A stretch of 40,716 bases of DNA from a virus (Duplodnaviria; Caudoviricetes), in IMG/VR virus record IMGVR_UViG_3300044724_002056, positions 1 to 40,716 of that record. One strand, given 5' to 3'. Positions 1-9,100 of the stretch are shown here, piece by piece. The translations under genes were made by a program, and so were the position numbers. How positions within the stretch are numbered: position 1 is the first letter of the stretch; each line of letters starts with the position of its first letter. The notes under the pieces are model-generated. The model searched no databases, was not told the origin of the DNA, and worked only from the letters and a program-made list of their open reading frames with translations.

Positions 1-1
1 T

Positions 2-214
2 CAAGACCACAATCTAAGATTAGAAGTGCATAGAAACAATGATATACCAAGTGTGCCTGATAGAATTACAGGAACACAAAAGAACATTGACGAAGAAATA
101 AGTTATGTTTCAATTAACACTATTCGTTCAGATGCGTTTAAAGTTCCTCAAGCACAAGAGACGCTCATAGATAAAATAGATGTTCTTTTAAAGAAAACAA
201 TTAAGGTTTACTAA
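2..214 (+). CDS. 3' end of a gene truncated by the window edge; hypothetical protein
   Basis: Frame is open from base 2 (QDHNLRLEVHRNNDIP...) to TAA at 212-214, which overlaps the next ATG (TAATG). Confidence 0.7.
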   Translation, partial: QDHNLRLEVHRNNDIPSVPDRITGTQKNIDEEISYVSINTIRSDAFKVPQAQETLIDKIDVLLKKTIKVY

Positions 215-894
215 TGATTAAATTTAAAAAGTTTATGACTGAGGGTGTGGATGACCCTGCGATATTTAAAGCAGTTTTTCTGGCAGGCGGGCCAGGAAGC
301 GGTAAGTCCTTCATTGTTGGAAAAACGGGCCTCCCTGCCCTCGGTCTGAAAGTTGTCAACTCTGACGATGCGTTTGAAGCTGCAATGAAAAAAGCAGGAA
401 TGACAATGAAACCTGACGATATCTTCTCGGTCAAAGGTCAAGATATTCGTGGTCGTGCAAAAGCACTAACAGGTAAAAAACAAGCAATGTTTATTAAAGG
501 TCGTTTAGGTTTGGTTATTGACGGAACTGGTAAAGACTTCGAGAAAGTTAAGAAACAAGTAAAGTCAATGAAAGATTTAGGTTATGATGTTGCAATGATA
601 TTTGTTAACACCGACCTTGAAACTGCAATTGAACGTGACAAGACACGTGAACGTACACTAGGTGAAGTAGGAGTAACTAAGTACTGGAAAGAAGTTCAAC
701 GAAACATTGGTGCATTCCAAACTATGTTTGGTAAGAAAAATATGTTGATTGTTGATAACTCAAACGGTAAAGACTATCAGAAAGAAACTCTACGTGCATA
801 TCGTGATGTCACAAAATTCTTAGATAAAGAACCTGATAATGCCAAAGCAAAAGCGTGGATTAAACAAGAACGTGAAAAGAAAAAGAGGACTTAA
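214..894 (+). CDS. Zeta-toxin/AAA_33-like P-loop kinase with a T4 capsid-targeting-like N-terminus
   Basis: Walker A AGGPGSGKS, VNSDD, Walker B-like LVIDGTG and lid-like RDKTRER; begins MIKFKKFMTE. Confidence 0.8.
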   Translation: MIKFKKFMTEGVDDPAIFKAVFLAGGPGSGKSFIVGKTGLPALGLKVVNSDDAFEAAMKKAGMTMKPDDIFSVKGQDIRGRAKALTGKKQAMFIKGRLGLVIDGTGKDFEKVKKQVKSMKDLGYDVAMIFVNTDLETAIERDKTRERTLGEVGVTKYWKEVQRNIGAFQTMFGKKNMLIVDNSNGKDYQKETLRAYRDVTKFLDKEPDNAKAKAWIKQEREKKKRT

Positions 895-905
895 AAGTCC
901 TCTTT
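882..905. terminator. Probable bidirectional intrinsic terminator between convergent genes
   Basis: AAAGAGGACT-TAAA-AGTCCTCTTT perfect 10-bp stem with A-rich left flank and T-rich right flank. Confidence 0.75.
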
Positions 906-920
906 CCTTTCTATGATATA

Positions 921-1130
921 TTAATTATCTAAGTATTTATTCCAGACTTTATTCCAAGTCATTAGAACAAGAACTAATCCACCGAGTAGAACAATAACGC
1001 CCTCTCCTGAGAATAAGTAAATTGCTACTTGTAAAGTTCCAAGTATTAATCCTAATTCTGCGTGGAATTCGTCCCAAGCATTTAGTATAGTAGATTTAAC
1101 TACTCCCCAAATTTCCTTAATTTTATTCAT
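921..1130 (-). CDS. Small two-helix membrane protein (69 aa)
   Basis: ATG at 1130 preceded by GAGGAG Shine-Dalgarno and a late promoter; two hydrophobic stretches. The longer ORF-track start runs through a tRNA and is rejected. Confidence 0.75.
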   Translation of the reverse strand: MNKIKEIWGVVKSTILNAWDEFHAELGLILGTLQVAIYLFSGEGVIVLLGGLVLVLMTWNKVWNKYLDN

Positions 1131-1167
1131 AGATTTCTCCTCTGTCACTTTATTGTAACAGTAAGTG

Positions 1168-1175
1168 TATTTATA
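1168..1175 (-). promoter_or_regulatory. T4-type late promoter
   Basis: Exact TATAAATA on the minus strand, intergenic, about 40 nt upstream of the 1130 start. Confidence 0.75.
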
Positions 1176-1179
1176 TGTT

Positions 1180-1256
1180 TGGCGACCCTGAGAAGACTTG
1201 AACTCCTGACCTTTCCGTTCGTAGCGGAATGCTCTATCCAACTGAGCTACAGAGTC
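1180..1256 (-). tRNA. tRNA-Arg(ACG)
   Basis: Minus strand GACTCTGTAGCTCAGTTGGATAGAGCA-TTCCG CT ACG AA CGGAA-AGGTCAGGAGTTCAAGTCTTCTCAGGGTCGCCA: 7-bp acceptor stem, D and T arms, encoded CCA. Confidence 0.95.
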
Positions 1257-1268
1257 TCGCTATTTGAT

Positions 1269-1344
1269 TGGCCGACTTACAAGGACTCGAACCTTGAACC
1301 CAAGTTTAGAAGACTCGTATGATATCCAGTTTCACCATAAGTCG
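1269..1344 (-). tRNA. tRNA-Arg(TCT)
   Basis: Minus strand CGACTTATGGTGAAACTGGATATCATA-CGAGT CT TCT AA ACTTG-GGTTCAAGGTTCGAGTCCTTGTAAGTCGGCCA: perfect acceptor stem, GTTCGA T loop, encoded CCA. Confidence 0.93.
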
Positions 1345-1363
1345 TTTCCAATCAAGTTCAAAT

Positions 1364-1392
1364 ATTATATCAAATCACTCCTTATTTGTCAA
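1364..1392 (-). promoter_or_regulatory. Consensus sigma70 (early) promoter for the tRNA pair
   Basis: TTGACA-17 nt-TATAAT with TG extended -10, about 20 nt upstream of tRNA-Arg(TCT). Confidence 0.85.
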
Positions 1393-2017
1393 GCCTTTTC
1401 TTTGCGTGAATTTTAACATTTTTAGGAATAGGAATCTTAATGTTGTTATGAGAATGATACAAGTGAAACTCTACATTGGAAAACTCTTTAAACATACTAG
1501 TCCAGATAGGTCTCCAGTTGTTTGCAAGTCTTACTGTGTTTGGAGTAGAACGGTCACTCTCTAATAGTAAGTCAGTAAAACTACCTAGATTCATATCAAA
1601 GATACTGTCAAATCCATAGATGTGAACTTCGTCTGCTCTCATTTTATTACAAGCATAATGAACTGCCATATGACCACAATTAAAGTTAGTCGCTGCCATT
1701 CTCTTGTCACCGTTGATAGCGGCATACTCAGGCACGTGAGGATAGAATCCTTTTATCAAGTGTGAGTATTTCATATAGAATGTTCCAGATTGTTCCATCC
1801 AGACCTTGGGTCTTGTTCCAAGAATCCAGTCATACATATCTAATTGTATACGACCTTCTTGAAGTGCCTTCATCATTTTGAAGTCAACCATACAAGTTGC
1901 ATACACTTCATTTCTTGGTATTGCGAATGGTGGCATATTACATATCAATAATCTGCCAGGCGTACCACGTTCAAACATATAAGCGTGGTCACCATTACCT
2001 AGAACATTTACTCTCAT
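1382..2017 (-). CDS. MptE/sialyltransferase-fold (GT29/GT42-like) putative transferase
   Basis: NVLGNG at the N-terminus, ICN, CMVD, NCGHMAVHYA and VHIYGFDS motifs are typical of this Rossmann-like family. Confidence 0.55.
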   Translation of the reverse strand: MRVNVLGNGDHAYMFERGTPGRLLICNMPPFAIPRNEVYATCMVDFKMMKALQEGRIQLDMYDWILGTRPKVWMEQSGTFYMKYSHLIKGFYPHVPEYAAINGDKRMAATNFNCGHMAVHYACNKMRADEVHIYGFDSIFDMNLGSFTDLLLESDRSTPNTVRLANNWRPIWTSMFKEFSNVEFHLYHSHNNIKIPIPKNVKIHAKKRLDK

Positions 2018-2418
2018 AGTTGTACTAATTCTCTATTTGCAAGGTGTTGTTCTTTAATTGTTTCTTTAGATTGACCTTGATAATGAACTGCGTGATAATT
2101 ATCAACTAATAGTTGATTGATATTAATTCTATTATCTTCTACCTCAACAATAAACTCTCCAAGTATACGTCCAAACTTACCCTTACCGTCTTTTGTTGTT
2201 TTAAGAATAGGACTCGTTCCAAGTGCTTTCTTTAAAAATTCTTTTGCAGCTAATCCGTATTTCTTTTCTTCTTTATCACGTGTTCGTGATTCTGGAGTAT
2301 CAATACCCAATAAACGGACACGTTCTTTTCTTAACCAGACACCAAATCCTAAATCGATGTCTACGTCAACCGTGTCTCCGTCTACAACACGTGATACCTT
2401 AGTTCTATATTCATACAT
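2014..2418 (-). CDS. Staphylococcal nuclease (SNase/thermonuclease)-like protein
   Basis: RVVDGDT, VRLLGIDTPE and GKFGRILG motifs. Confidence 0.9.
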   Translation of the reverse strand: MYEYRTKVSRVVDGDTVDVDIDLGFGVWLRKERVRLLGIDTPESRTRDKEEKKYGLAAKEFLKKALGTSPILKTTKDGKGKFGRILGEFIVEVEDNRININQLLVDNYHAVHYQGQSKETIKEQHLANRELVQL

Positions 2419-2621
2419 TATGATTTCCCAAAATGGTTTTTACAAACTTCTAGTTTGTCTTCTGCTTCAGCAATCTTAGCGATTTCTTTTTCAATAGTTT
2501 CTACTATGTCACCGTGTTCTCCGATACCGACAGAATTTCTTACATAAACTAAAACATTTGCTTTAGCAACTTCTATTTCACCCTCTAGTTTCTTAACTAG
2601 GGCTTTAATTAAATAATTCAT
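2418..2621 (-). CDS. Small conserved phage coiled-coil protein
   Basis: Coupled ORF with VGIGEHGDIVETIEKEI, a motif I recognise from aquatic phage hypotheticals. Confidence 0.7.
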   Translation of the reverse strand: MNYLIKALVKKLEGEIEVAKANVLVYVRNSVGIGEHGDIVETIEKEIAKIAEAEDKLEVCKNHFGKS

Positions 2622-3264
2622 TTATCTGACTCCTTATTACGTCATTTCCCTTTTTACCAGTATGATGGATAATCTTAGGGTTCTTCACTTGTATATTATC
2701 TATGTAGTCTAATCTTAAAGTGTTATATGTATGAGGCATAGGTTTAATACAAGATAACTTCTTGAGTGCGTCACCTCCCATCATAAGATATAATACTTCT
2801 TGGTCTCCTTGTACTGGATTACGAATACATTCGTCTGCCCACGCACGAAGGATATTAGGTGTTCCTTCTACCGCAACTACACCAGAGTTATACCATTCTC
2901 CGAGTTCATCTCTACGAGTTGACCACGGTCTATCTTTGACCATACCAAGTTTACCTTTTTCGGTCATATCAAATATAGATTCTATATTATCGGTTACTTC
3001 ACAATCAGTATCTAACCAACAAACCTTTTTAACACCGTCTAATTTAGTTGCGTCCAGAATCGCACGAGGTTTTTTGAACCAACCTTTTGCTTCACTCTTG
3101 ACATCAATAACTAAATCAATACCTTCAATCTCACGCATTTCTTTGGACACACCAAAGTCCGCAAGTACTAAAGGAGTAGTATTATGTTTACGATAGTTAT
3201 GCACAAACCAAGGTAATTGCCATTCGGTGTTCTTATCACACCCTGTTAGAAATACTTCAAGCAT
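2605..3264 (-). CDS. GT-A fold glycosyltransferase (GT8-like)
   Basis: WFKKP, WLDTD (DxD), YNSGV, GDQEVL and IIHHTG motifs. Confidence 0.8.
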   Translation of the reverse strand: MLEVFLTGCDKNTEWQLPWFVHNYRKHNTTPLVLADFGVSKEMREIEGIDLVIDVKSEAKGWFKKPRAILDATKLDGVKKVCWLDTDCEVTDNIESIFDMTEKGKLGMVKDRPWSTRRDELGEWYNSGVVAVEGTPNILRAWADECIRNPVQGDQEVLYLMMGGDALKKLSCIKPMPHTYNTLRLDYIDNIQVKNPKIIHHTGKKGNDVIRSQINELFN

Positions 3265-3904
3265 TGATAATCTTGTATCCTTCTTTATAATTGTGTTTTG
3301 CCTGACATCCTACTTCTGTTTGAATCGTAGTGAAACTATCTCTTGCTTCAGCAACGAAAGGATAGTATTCTTGTAGATACGGAAAAGTATCTAGATTTAA
3401 ATATATGTCTGTAGGTCTTGCGTGGGTTGAGGCAGCACCGACCAAACGTTTTCCACCAGACGGTGTAATCATATAAGCGTGAGCGCCTGGAAAGTATCTT
3501 TTAGTTGTTAGTTGATTGATTCCTATAGTTGGTGGTTTATTCCATTGACCATAAGACGGAGCACCAACATTCATTGCATATAAAAATGGCACATTGGGTA
3601 GAGGTGCTACTATCACCGCATCGTGTTCAAAGATTGCGTAAGTATCATTACTCTCTCCGCATTGTTTCCACAACGAGTAATGCGATAGGAATGCAGAAAT
3701 ACAATTTAGATTTCTAGAAAATCTTTCTTCAAATCTGTTAGGGTCAATACCCTCTTGTTTTAATAACTTGATTGGGTCATCATTAGGAGTTATTGCTTTA
3801 AACTTTTCAACTTCAATACCATTACGTTTACCAGAAGCAATACAACGTTCCGCAACTTCTACTGATTGTGGATTATCTAATAATGTAATTACAAATGCTT
3901 TCAT
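3257..3904 (-). CDS. Glycosyltransferase family 25-like
   Basis: Starts MKAFVITL (ATGA overlap); FLSHYSLWKQC, IFEHDA, GAHAYMITP and PTD motifs. Confidence 0.8.
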   Translation of the reverse strand: MKAFVITLLDNPQSVEVAERCIASGKRNGIEVEKFKAITPNDDPIKLLKQEGIDPNRFEERFSRNLNCISAFLSHYSLWKQCGESNDTYAIFEHDAVIVAPLPNVPFLYAMNVGAPSYGQWNKPPTIGINQLTTKRYFPGAHAYMITPSGGKRLVGAASTHARPTDIYLNLDTFPYLQEYYPFVAEARDSFTTIQTEVGCQAKHNYKEGYKIINA

Positions 3905-4614
3905 TTTGTTGTGGTTGACTTCAACCCTTTCTGTATTGTTGTATAATATGGATATACGACTTGCAACCAAGGAAACAATTGTTTACACATTAATGCATCG
4001 TTTGGCCACATTCCTATATCTTTCACCTTATCTATAAGTTTCTTTGCACCCTTGGGTGATATCATATATGCAGAATTACCTGCAAGACCTTGAGGTACGT
4101 CCCAGTCATCTACTGTAGGAACTCCTTGAAGTCCCATTGTTTTCTTTACTTGTTCGTCAAATAGGTTTGCTCTACGTGTCGCACCTATTGGATTGTTGAG
4201 ACCAAGTATACCACCTTTCCACTCTAAAGTCAAGGGGTGTGGGTCAAATGTTCTAATAAATAATGCATCGTGTTCTAGAACAACAATAGTTTCATCTAGG
4301 TCTATTGCTTTTTGCCAACACCTCATATGAGATATCATACACGCAACACGGTTATCGTGACTCGCAGTTTCGTATCGTGTAAGACGTAATCCTGTATTCA
4401 TATCAAGACCGTTCTGTTCAGGTTTGACAGGATATGTCCACTTGACACCTTTTAGATTTACAGACTCAAGACCTTCGTTAATAGTATTAGGAACGGTTGC
4501 AGGAAGAATAATAGGTTCTAGTTTAGATTCGGTTTTCTTGATAGATTCAATAACGTGACGAGTAGCAACAGTTGCTTCGTGGTTATTGATTAAACTAATT
4601 ATGAAGGCTTTCAT
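3901..4614 (-). CDS. Glycosyltransferase family 25-like
   Basis: MKAFIISL; ACMISHMRCW, VLEHDA, GNSAYMISPKGAKKL and PND motifs; tandem paralogue of 3257-3904. Confidence 0.8.
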   Translation of the reverse strand: MKAFIISLINNHEATVATRHVIESIKKTESKLEPIILPATVPNTINEGLESVNLKGVKWTYPVKPEQNGLDMNTGLRLTRYETASHDNRVACMISHMRCWQKAIDLDETIVVLEHDALFIRTFDPHPLTLEWKGGILGLNNPIGATRRANLFDEQVKKTMGLQGVPTVDDWDVPQGLAGNSAYMISPKGAKKLIDKVKDIGMWPNDALMCKQLFPWLQVVYPYYTTIQKGLKSTTTK

Positions 4615-5353
4615 CAACATCTCTTACATACTCCCATCTCTCAGATAGATAACAACCACCGTGATAACTTTCGTGGTAAAACCCAAAGGGTTCGGATAGT
4701 ATTTGATACCACCCCTCTTCTGCACTCTTTAATTGTTTGTCTTTATATAGACTATCTACTAAGTCAGTGTCCCAACATTCTCTGGGATGAATTATTAATG
4801 CATCATTAATATAATAGGTGGTCTCTTCACCCATTTCCTTAAGTTTATTAAAGTCGTGAGTACCATAATAATTCATACAATTGAATCCAATCGGAATCAT
4901 TCGGTCATAGGAATCATCAATCAATCCTTTCCAATCAATCTGGTCAGATACAATCACATCAAAACGAGTACGAATAATCATATCGTATTCTTCAGGAATT
5001 GACTTCATCATTTCGTTATGAATCAGAAGTTGTTTATGCCAGTTTGCAGAAGCGTATGCGTGTTTCAACTGACTATGGTCTTTACCTTCCTCTTCATATT
5101 CTTTTATCATTTTTGGAAACACATCTCGTCTTAATACACTTGCATTATCAGGATATGCTTCGGTATCAAAGACTGGATGATATAGATTCTCAGGGTCATC
5201 AAAGTAGTAATCTACGGTGGTATCCACCGTGTTTTGACCATTCCACGAACCAGTAAACATTTTGTCGTGCGGAATTATTTGTTGTGTTCTATCAATCCAC
5301 TTCTGGTCACAAAATTCATTCCATCTACCAGATAAACATAATGCAGTTTTCAT
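4595..5353 (-). CDS. Putative glycosyltransferase-like protein
   Basis: MKTALCLSGR start, YDMIIRTRFD and IND motifs as in GT-associated proteins of capsule and phage clusters. Confidence 0.55.
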   Translation of the reverse strand: MKTALCLSGRWNEFCDQKWIDRTQQIIPHDKMFTGSWNGQNTVDTTVDYYFDDPENLYHPVFDTEAYPDNASVLRRDVFPKMIKEYEEEGKDHSQLKHAYASANWHKQLLIHNEMMKSIPEEYDMIIRTRFDVIVSDQIDWKGLIDDSYDRMIPIGFNCMNYYGTHDFNKLKEMGEETTYYINDALIIHPRECWDTDLVDSLYKDKQLKSAEEGWYQILSEPFGFYHESYHGGCYLSERWEYVRDVDESLHN

Positions 5354-6694
5354 TTACCAACTCAATAGATATCTTTCCAAATCTTCAGGTGTTCCAAGTC
5401 CCCACATATCTTTTACTTCGTGGGTGTGAATATTCTTACCATCTTCGATTGATTGATTATATACAGGACAAACATAAAACTCATTGTTTACACGAATATC
5501 TTTTTCAATCATTTGATTTGCATACTTTACATAATCACTTCCGTGTTTCCAATAATAGAAACCTACTGTTGCATTATTACTAATTGGATTCTTTTCTGCA
5601 ACTTCAACAACCAATCCATTATCACCTGTCTTTGCATACGACCATTTAGGATGGGTTGCTTTGAAAGTAACAATACCACCGTCAGCTTTACGTTCATTCA
5701 TTTTATACATAAAGTCCAGAGGATTCCATTCTACATATTGGTCAGAGTTTGCAATAAAGAGTGGTTTGTCATTATCAATATATTCTTTTGCAAGTAATGT
5801 CGTACAGGCAGCACCTTCAGTAATACCGTCAACTTCTACAATTGTGCAATTAGGTGCAATCAAATTTAACATAGAATCTAAATTGTATTCTTTTCTATGT
5901 GACTTTTGTACAATAAAAATATAGTTTGCTTCTAGTCCAAGATTCTCTACTACCTTTTGAATCATTGGTTTACCATTAACATCAATTAAAGGTTTGGGAA
6001 AAGTATATCCTGCTTCAGCAAAACGTTTACCTGCACCTGCCATAGGTATCAACACATTTAGATTATCGTCTTTCCATTTAAGTTTTGAATATGATTCTTC
6101 ACTTTCAATCCTATCAATAAGACTAATATTGGTTTCATCTGGAGACGAAACTCTGATAACTCTTGCACCAGAATGATATGCGGAAGAAAGTCCTGTCGGT
6201 GAATCTTCAATGATTACCGTATCTTCAGGTAAGACTCCCATTTCAGACATTGCTTTCCACCAAATCTCTGGGTGAGGTTTTGGATTGTCTACATCCCAAT
6301 TACTTTTAATAACATCAAGATATGGTCTTATCATAAGTTGGTCAATGCAATTATTTACAGTATTACCGATTGCATTAGAACAAACTCCAACCTTATATCC
6401 TTTATCTTTTAATTCATTAAAGAGTTCAAGAAGTTCACTACTACTTTTTATTGTTTTCATTTTAAGCATAGTGATTGCTTGTTTTCTCAGAGCAATTTTA
6501 TTCTTCTCGTGAGGTGCAACATTATATTTAATTAATTTTTGTTCTGTAGTAAGACCATCATACTCTAAGGTATGTTCTTCTGGACTTATCTCAGGATATC
6601 CATTTTTTGACAATGACTCATTCAATGCATCAAAATGTATTTGTTTTGTATTGACCAGAACTCCGTCTAAATCAAATAAAACTAGTTTTGTCAT
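5354..6694 (-). CDS. Bifunctional HAD phosphatase + sugar-phosphate nucleotidyltransferase
   Basis: N-terminal FDLDGVL, CSN, KPHPE, IEDS (HAD); C-terminal VLIPMAGAGKRF..PKPLI, ANSDQ, AEKNPIS, GLGTPEDL (NTP transferase). Confidence 0.88.
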   Translation of the reverse strand: MTKLVLFDLDGVLVNTKQIHFDALNESLSKNGYPEISPEEHTLEYDGLTTEQKLIKYNVAPHEKNKIALRKQAITMLKMKTIKSSSELLELFNELKDKGYKVGVCSNAIGNTVNNCIDQLMIRPYLDVIKSNWDVDNPKPHPEIWWKAMSEMGVLPEDTVIIEDSPTGLSSAYHSGARVIRVSSPDETNISLIDRIESEESYSKLKWKDDNLNVLIPMAGAGKRFAEAGYTFPKPLIDVNGKPMIQKVVENLGLEANYIFIVQKSHRKEYNLDSMLNLIAPNCTIVEVDGITEGAACTTLLAKEYIDNDKPLFIANSDQYVEWNPLDFMYKMNERKADGGIVTFKATHPKWSYAKTGDNGLVVEVAEKNPISNNATVGFYYWKHGSDYVKYANQMIEKDIRVNNEFYVCPVYNQSIEDGKNIHTHEVKDMWGLGTPEDLERYLLSW

Positions 6695-7308
6695 TTAGTC
6701 ACCGCTATAATGTATGTGTCCCCACAATTAGTTTCTTTTCTTCGGTCATATACAGTTTTCTCATAACCGTCCAATGTGTTCATAAAACGAATATGTTTCA
6801 TCATATCGTATCTATCAGGTTTACTTGTTAACCAAGGATGTGCAAGTTCACTTTGATTCATTTTATCCATTGGCCAAACATCTTCAATAAAATAAACACC
6901 ACCTTTATTAACAAAAGGAATAATATTTTCAAAAGTTAATCGGTTTGCTTCTGGCCAATGACCACCATCGTCAATCACAAAATCAAACTTTACGTCACCC
7001 CATTCGTTTTTCATTTTCACACCAAGAGATGCGTCCATTGAATCTGCCTTAATCCACTTGACTCGTTCCTCACTTAGAATGTCAAGGTTTTCAGGTTTAG
7101 TCCTAACAAAGATATCAATCGTATAGATTGTTGCGTTAGGAAAGTATTCGTGAAAAGCACGTGTAGACGCACCCTTGAATGTTCCTACTTCAAGAATATT
7201 AAGAGGTTCTTCTCTCACATCTTCAAAGTAAGGTTCGTAGTCTTTGTAATAATGATGTTTCTCTGTTCCTTTATCACAATCGTATTTGTCAAATAGTTCT
7301 TTAAGCAT
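6691..7308 (-). CDS. SAM-dependent (sugar) O-methyltransferase, MycE/Methyltransf_24-like
   Basis: Start MLKELFDKYDCDKG; HHY, ILEVGT, IDDGGH and GGVYFIEDV motifs. Confidence 0.82.
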   Translation of the reverse strand: MLKELFDKYDCDKGTEKHHYYKDYEPYFEDVREEPLNILEVGTFKGASTRAFHEYFPNATIYTIDIFVRTKPENLDILSEERVKWIKADSMDASLGVKMKNEWGDVKFDFVIDDGGHWPEANRLTFENIIPFVNKGGVYFIEDVWPMDKMNQSELAHPWLTSKPDRYDMMKHIRFMNTLDGYEKTVYDRRKETNCGDTYIIAVTK

Positions 7309-7999
7309 TCCAATAATTCCTCGTTGCCCCTGTATCAAAATCAAATCCCCAATAGTCAATGTCCTTTTGATACCAATCAGCGACAATCTGTATAGTTTCT
7401 TTAGTGTATATATCCTTATAAGATAGACCATATCCAGTTTTACCTTTATCATTAGGTACACGTGTAATATTACGTGGTTCTGGATTGGTCAGTAAACCAA
7501 AGTAAAGTTTAACGTCTTCGTTATAGTTTTCAAATCTTAGAATGTCGCAACGATTATTACCTTCTTCGTCCGATACGTGTTCGTATGCAGGATACCATCC
7601 ACGAACGGCACGATGCCACATATATTTTTCTCCACCCCATTTATGTCGTTCTTCAAGAAACGCTTCAAAAGAGGAAATGTCTGCATAATTTTCAGGAACA
7701 GTTCCTTCGTATTCTATTACCTTCTTTGCAAATACATAACGAGAACAAACTCTGTCCCAAGGATTACGAACAATTGCAACTGCTTTATGGTTTTCTTTTA
7801 AGTCTTGTTTCCAGTCTCGCCAACGTGCGTGTTCATATCCTTGATGGTCTCTGGTCTTGTGCATTTTTTCTTCAAGACCACGAGTATATGCCCTGTTTGT
7901 GTGATTGTCAGGTGTTGCAAGATATACTTGTCTACGAATATCAGGATTCTTTCGTATAGTCATTCCACCATTCTTAGGTATGTGTACAAATAATTTCAT
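7301..7999 (-). CDS. Sulfotransferase (Sulfotransfer_2-like)
   Basis: 5'-PSB loop FVHIPKNGGMTI, 3'-PB motif VRNPWDRVCSRY, RFEN, and C-terminal YQKDIDYWGF. Confidence 0.85.
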   Translation of the reverse strand: MKLFVHIPKNGGMTIRKNPDIRRQVYLATPDNHTNRAYTRGLEEKMHKTRDHQGYEHARWRDWKQDLKENHKAVAIVRNPWDRVCSRYVFAKKVIEYEGTVPENYADISSFEAFLEERHKWGGEKYMWHRAVRGWYPAYEHVSDEEGNNRCDILRFENYNEDVKLYFGLLTNPEPRNITRVPNDKGKTGYGLSYKDIYTKETIQIVADWYQKDIDYWGFDFDTGATRNYWNA

Positions 8000-8541
8000 T
8001 CTCTTTCCCATTTTACATAATATCTATTCAAGTCGTGCATAAACTCGGTTATCTCAAACCCATTCTGTCTTGATAACAACATATGGTGGTCTAATTCCCA
8101 GTTCCAAAAAGGCACTTCTTGTACTCTATTATTACCGTGGTCACGATGGGCAGGATTGCACCTCCAGTATATACGAGACTTTTGTTTCAATGCATTACAC
8201 ATCATTTCAGTCTGTTTCTTAATTAGAGACCAATCACCAAAGTTAATTGACCCTAATGCAAAGGCAACATCAAACTTCTCTTCGGTCTCATAGTCTTCTA
8301 TTGCAATCTGTTCGTCTGAACCTATGTCAGTAATATCAATTCCGTGTAGATTAGGAATATGACGTTTAAAGGGATTAATACCACAACCGACATCTAGAAC
8401 TCGTTCTCCTTCTTGGATTTCTTCTATTAATCTAAATCCAGTCCAGTAATACCTATCAAGTCCTGCGGTGCGTGAACTTGGCCAATCGTGAGTAAAATAA
8501 TCTTTTAAAAAATCTTTATGTGGATTTAGGTCGGTAGACAT
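7996..8541 (-). CDS. Class I SAM-dependent methyltransferase
   Basis: VLDVGCG motif I, GIDI, FDVAFALGS. Confidence 0.82.
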   Translation of the reverse strand: MSTDLNPHKDFLKDYFTHDWPSSRTAGLDRYYWTGFRLIEEIQEGERVLDVGCGINPFKRHIPNLHGIDITDIGSDEQIAIEDYETEEKFDVAFALGSINFGDWSLIKKQTEMMCNALKQKSRIYWRCNPAHRDHGNNRVQEVPFWNWELDHHMLLSRQNGFEITEFMHDLNRYYVKWERE

Positions 8542-9100
8542 ATACGGTCACATCCTTTTTATCATACTCTACTCTCTCCACATCTGTAGATAATTCTAGA
8601 GTCTTAAGTACTTCAATGTTATCTTTACATTTAGTTATTCTTTTTCTATTCTTATATATGAAACTCATTATACACTGATTCTGTAATTGAATCTGAGTAA
8701 ACATATTGTCTTGATTCTTATACCAATCATAATTAGGATATGAAATATCAAAACCACCACACTCATTCCACCACTTCCAACACTCGTAGTCATTTCTTAT
8801 TACCATAACAATAGGATAATTATCATAGTAATAATAATTCATTTGTGTAGCCAATGTGTGCGACTTTATTAGTTTAACACCTTCACCAGAAAAAGGCAAG
8901 TCCCAATTACTCCTTCTGAAATCAAATTCCATTTGGGGGTCAAAGTATGCACCTCCGTGAACTAATCCGTTATGATGAGTATATGACCTCTCTTCTGTAT
9001 TATCGGTCTGGTCAAAATCACTTGATGTGTGAATACTGTTTGCAACACTAGACCACCGACTGCCTGGCGCTCCAGTCATTAATAGATAATTACCTTTCAT
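8516..9100 (-). CDS. P-loop sulfotransferase/kinase-like protein
   Basis: N-terminal LMTGAPGSRWSS degenerate P-loop, LIKSH and VMVIR, resembling the sulfotransferase fold. Confidence 0.5.
   Translation of the reverse strand: MKGNYLLMTGAPGSRWSSVANSIHTSSDFDQTDNTEERSYTHHNGLVHGGAYFDPQMEFDFRRSNWDLPFSGEGVKLIKSHTLATQMNYYYYDNYPIVMVIRNDYECWKWWNECGGFDISYPNYDWYKNQDNMFTQIQLQNQCIMSFIYKNRKRITKCKDNIEVLKTLELSTDVERVEYDKKDVTVYVYRPKST

Noticed and set aside
1-894. Epsilon-zeta toxin-antitoxin module
   Set aside because: The upstream ORF is a truncated longer gene with no antitoxin features; the kinase has a phage leader instead.
1131-1241. N-terminal extension of the 921-1241 ORF
   Set aside because: Runs through tRNA-Arg(ACG) and the late promoter; ATG 1130 has a clear Shine-Dalgarno.
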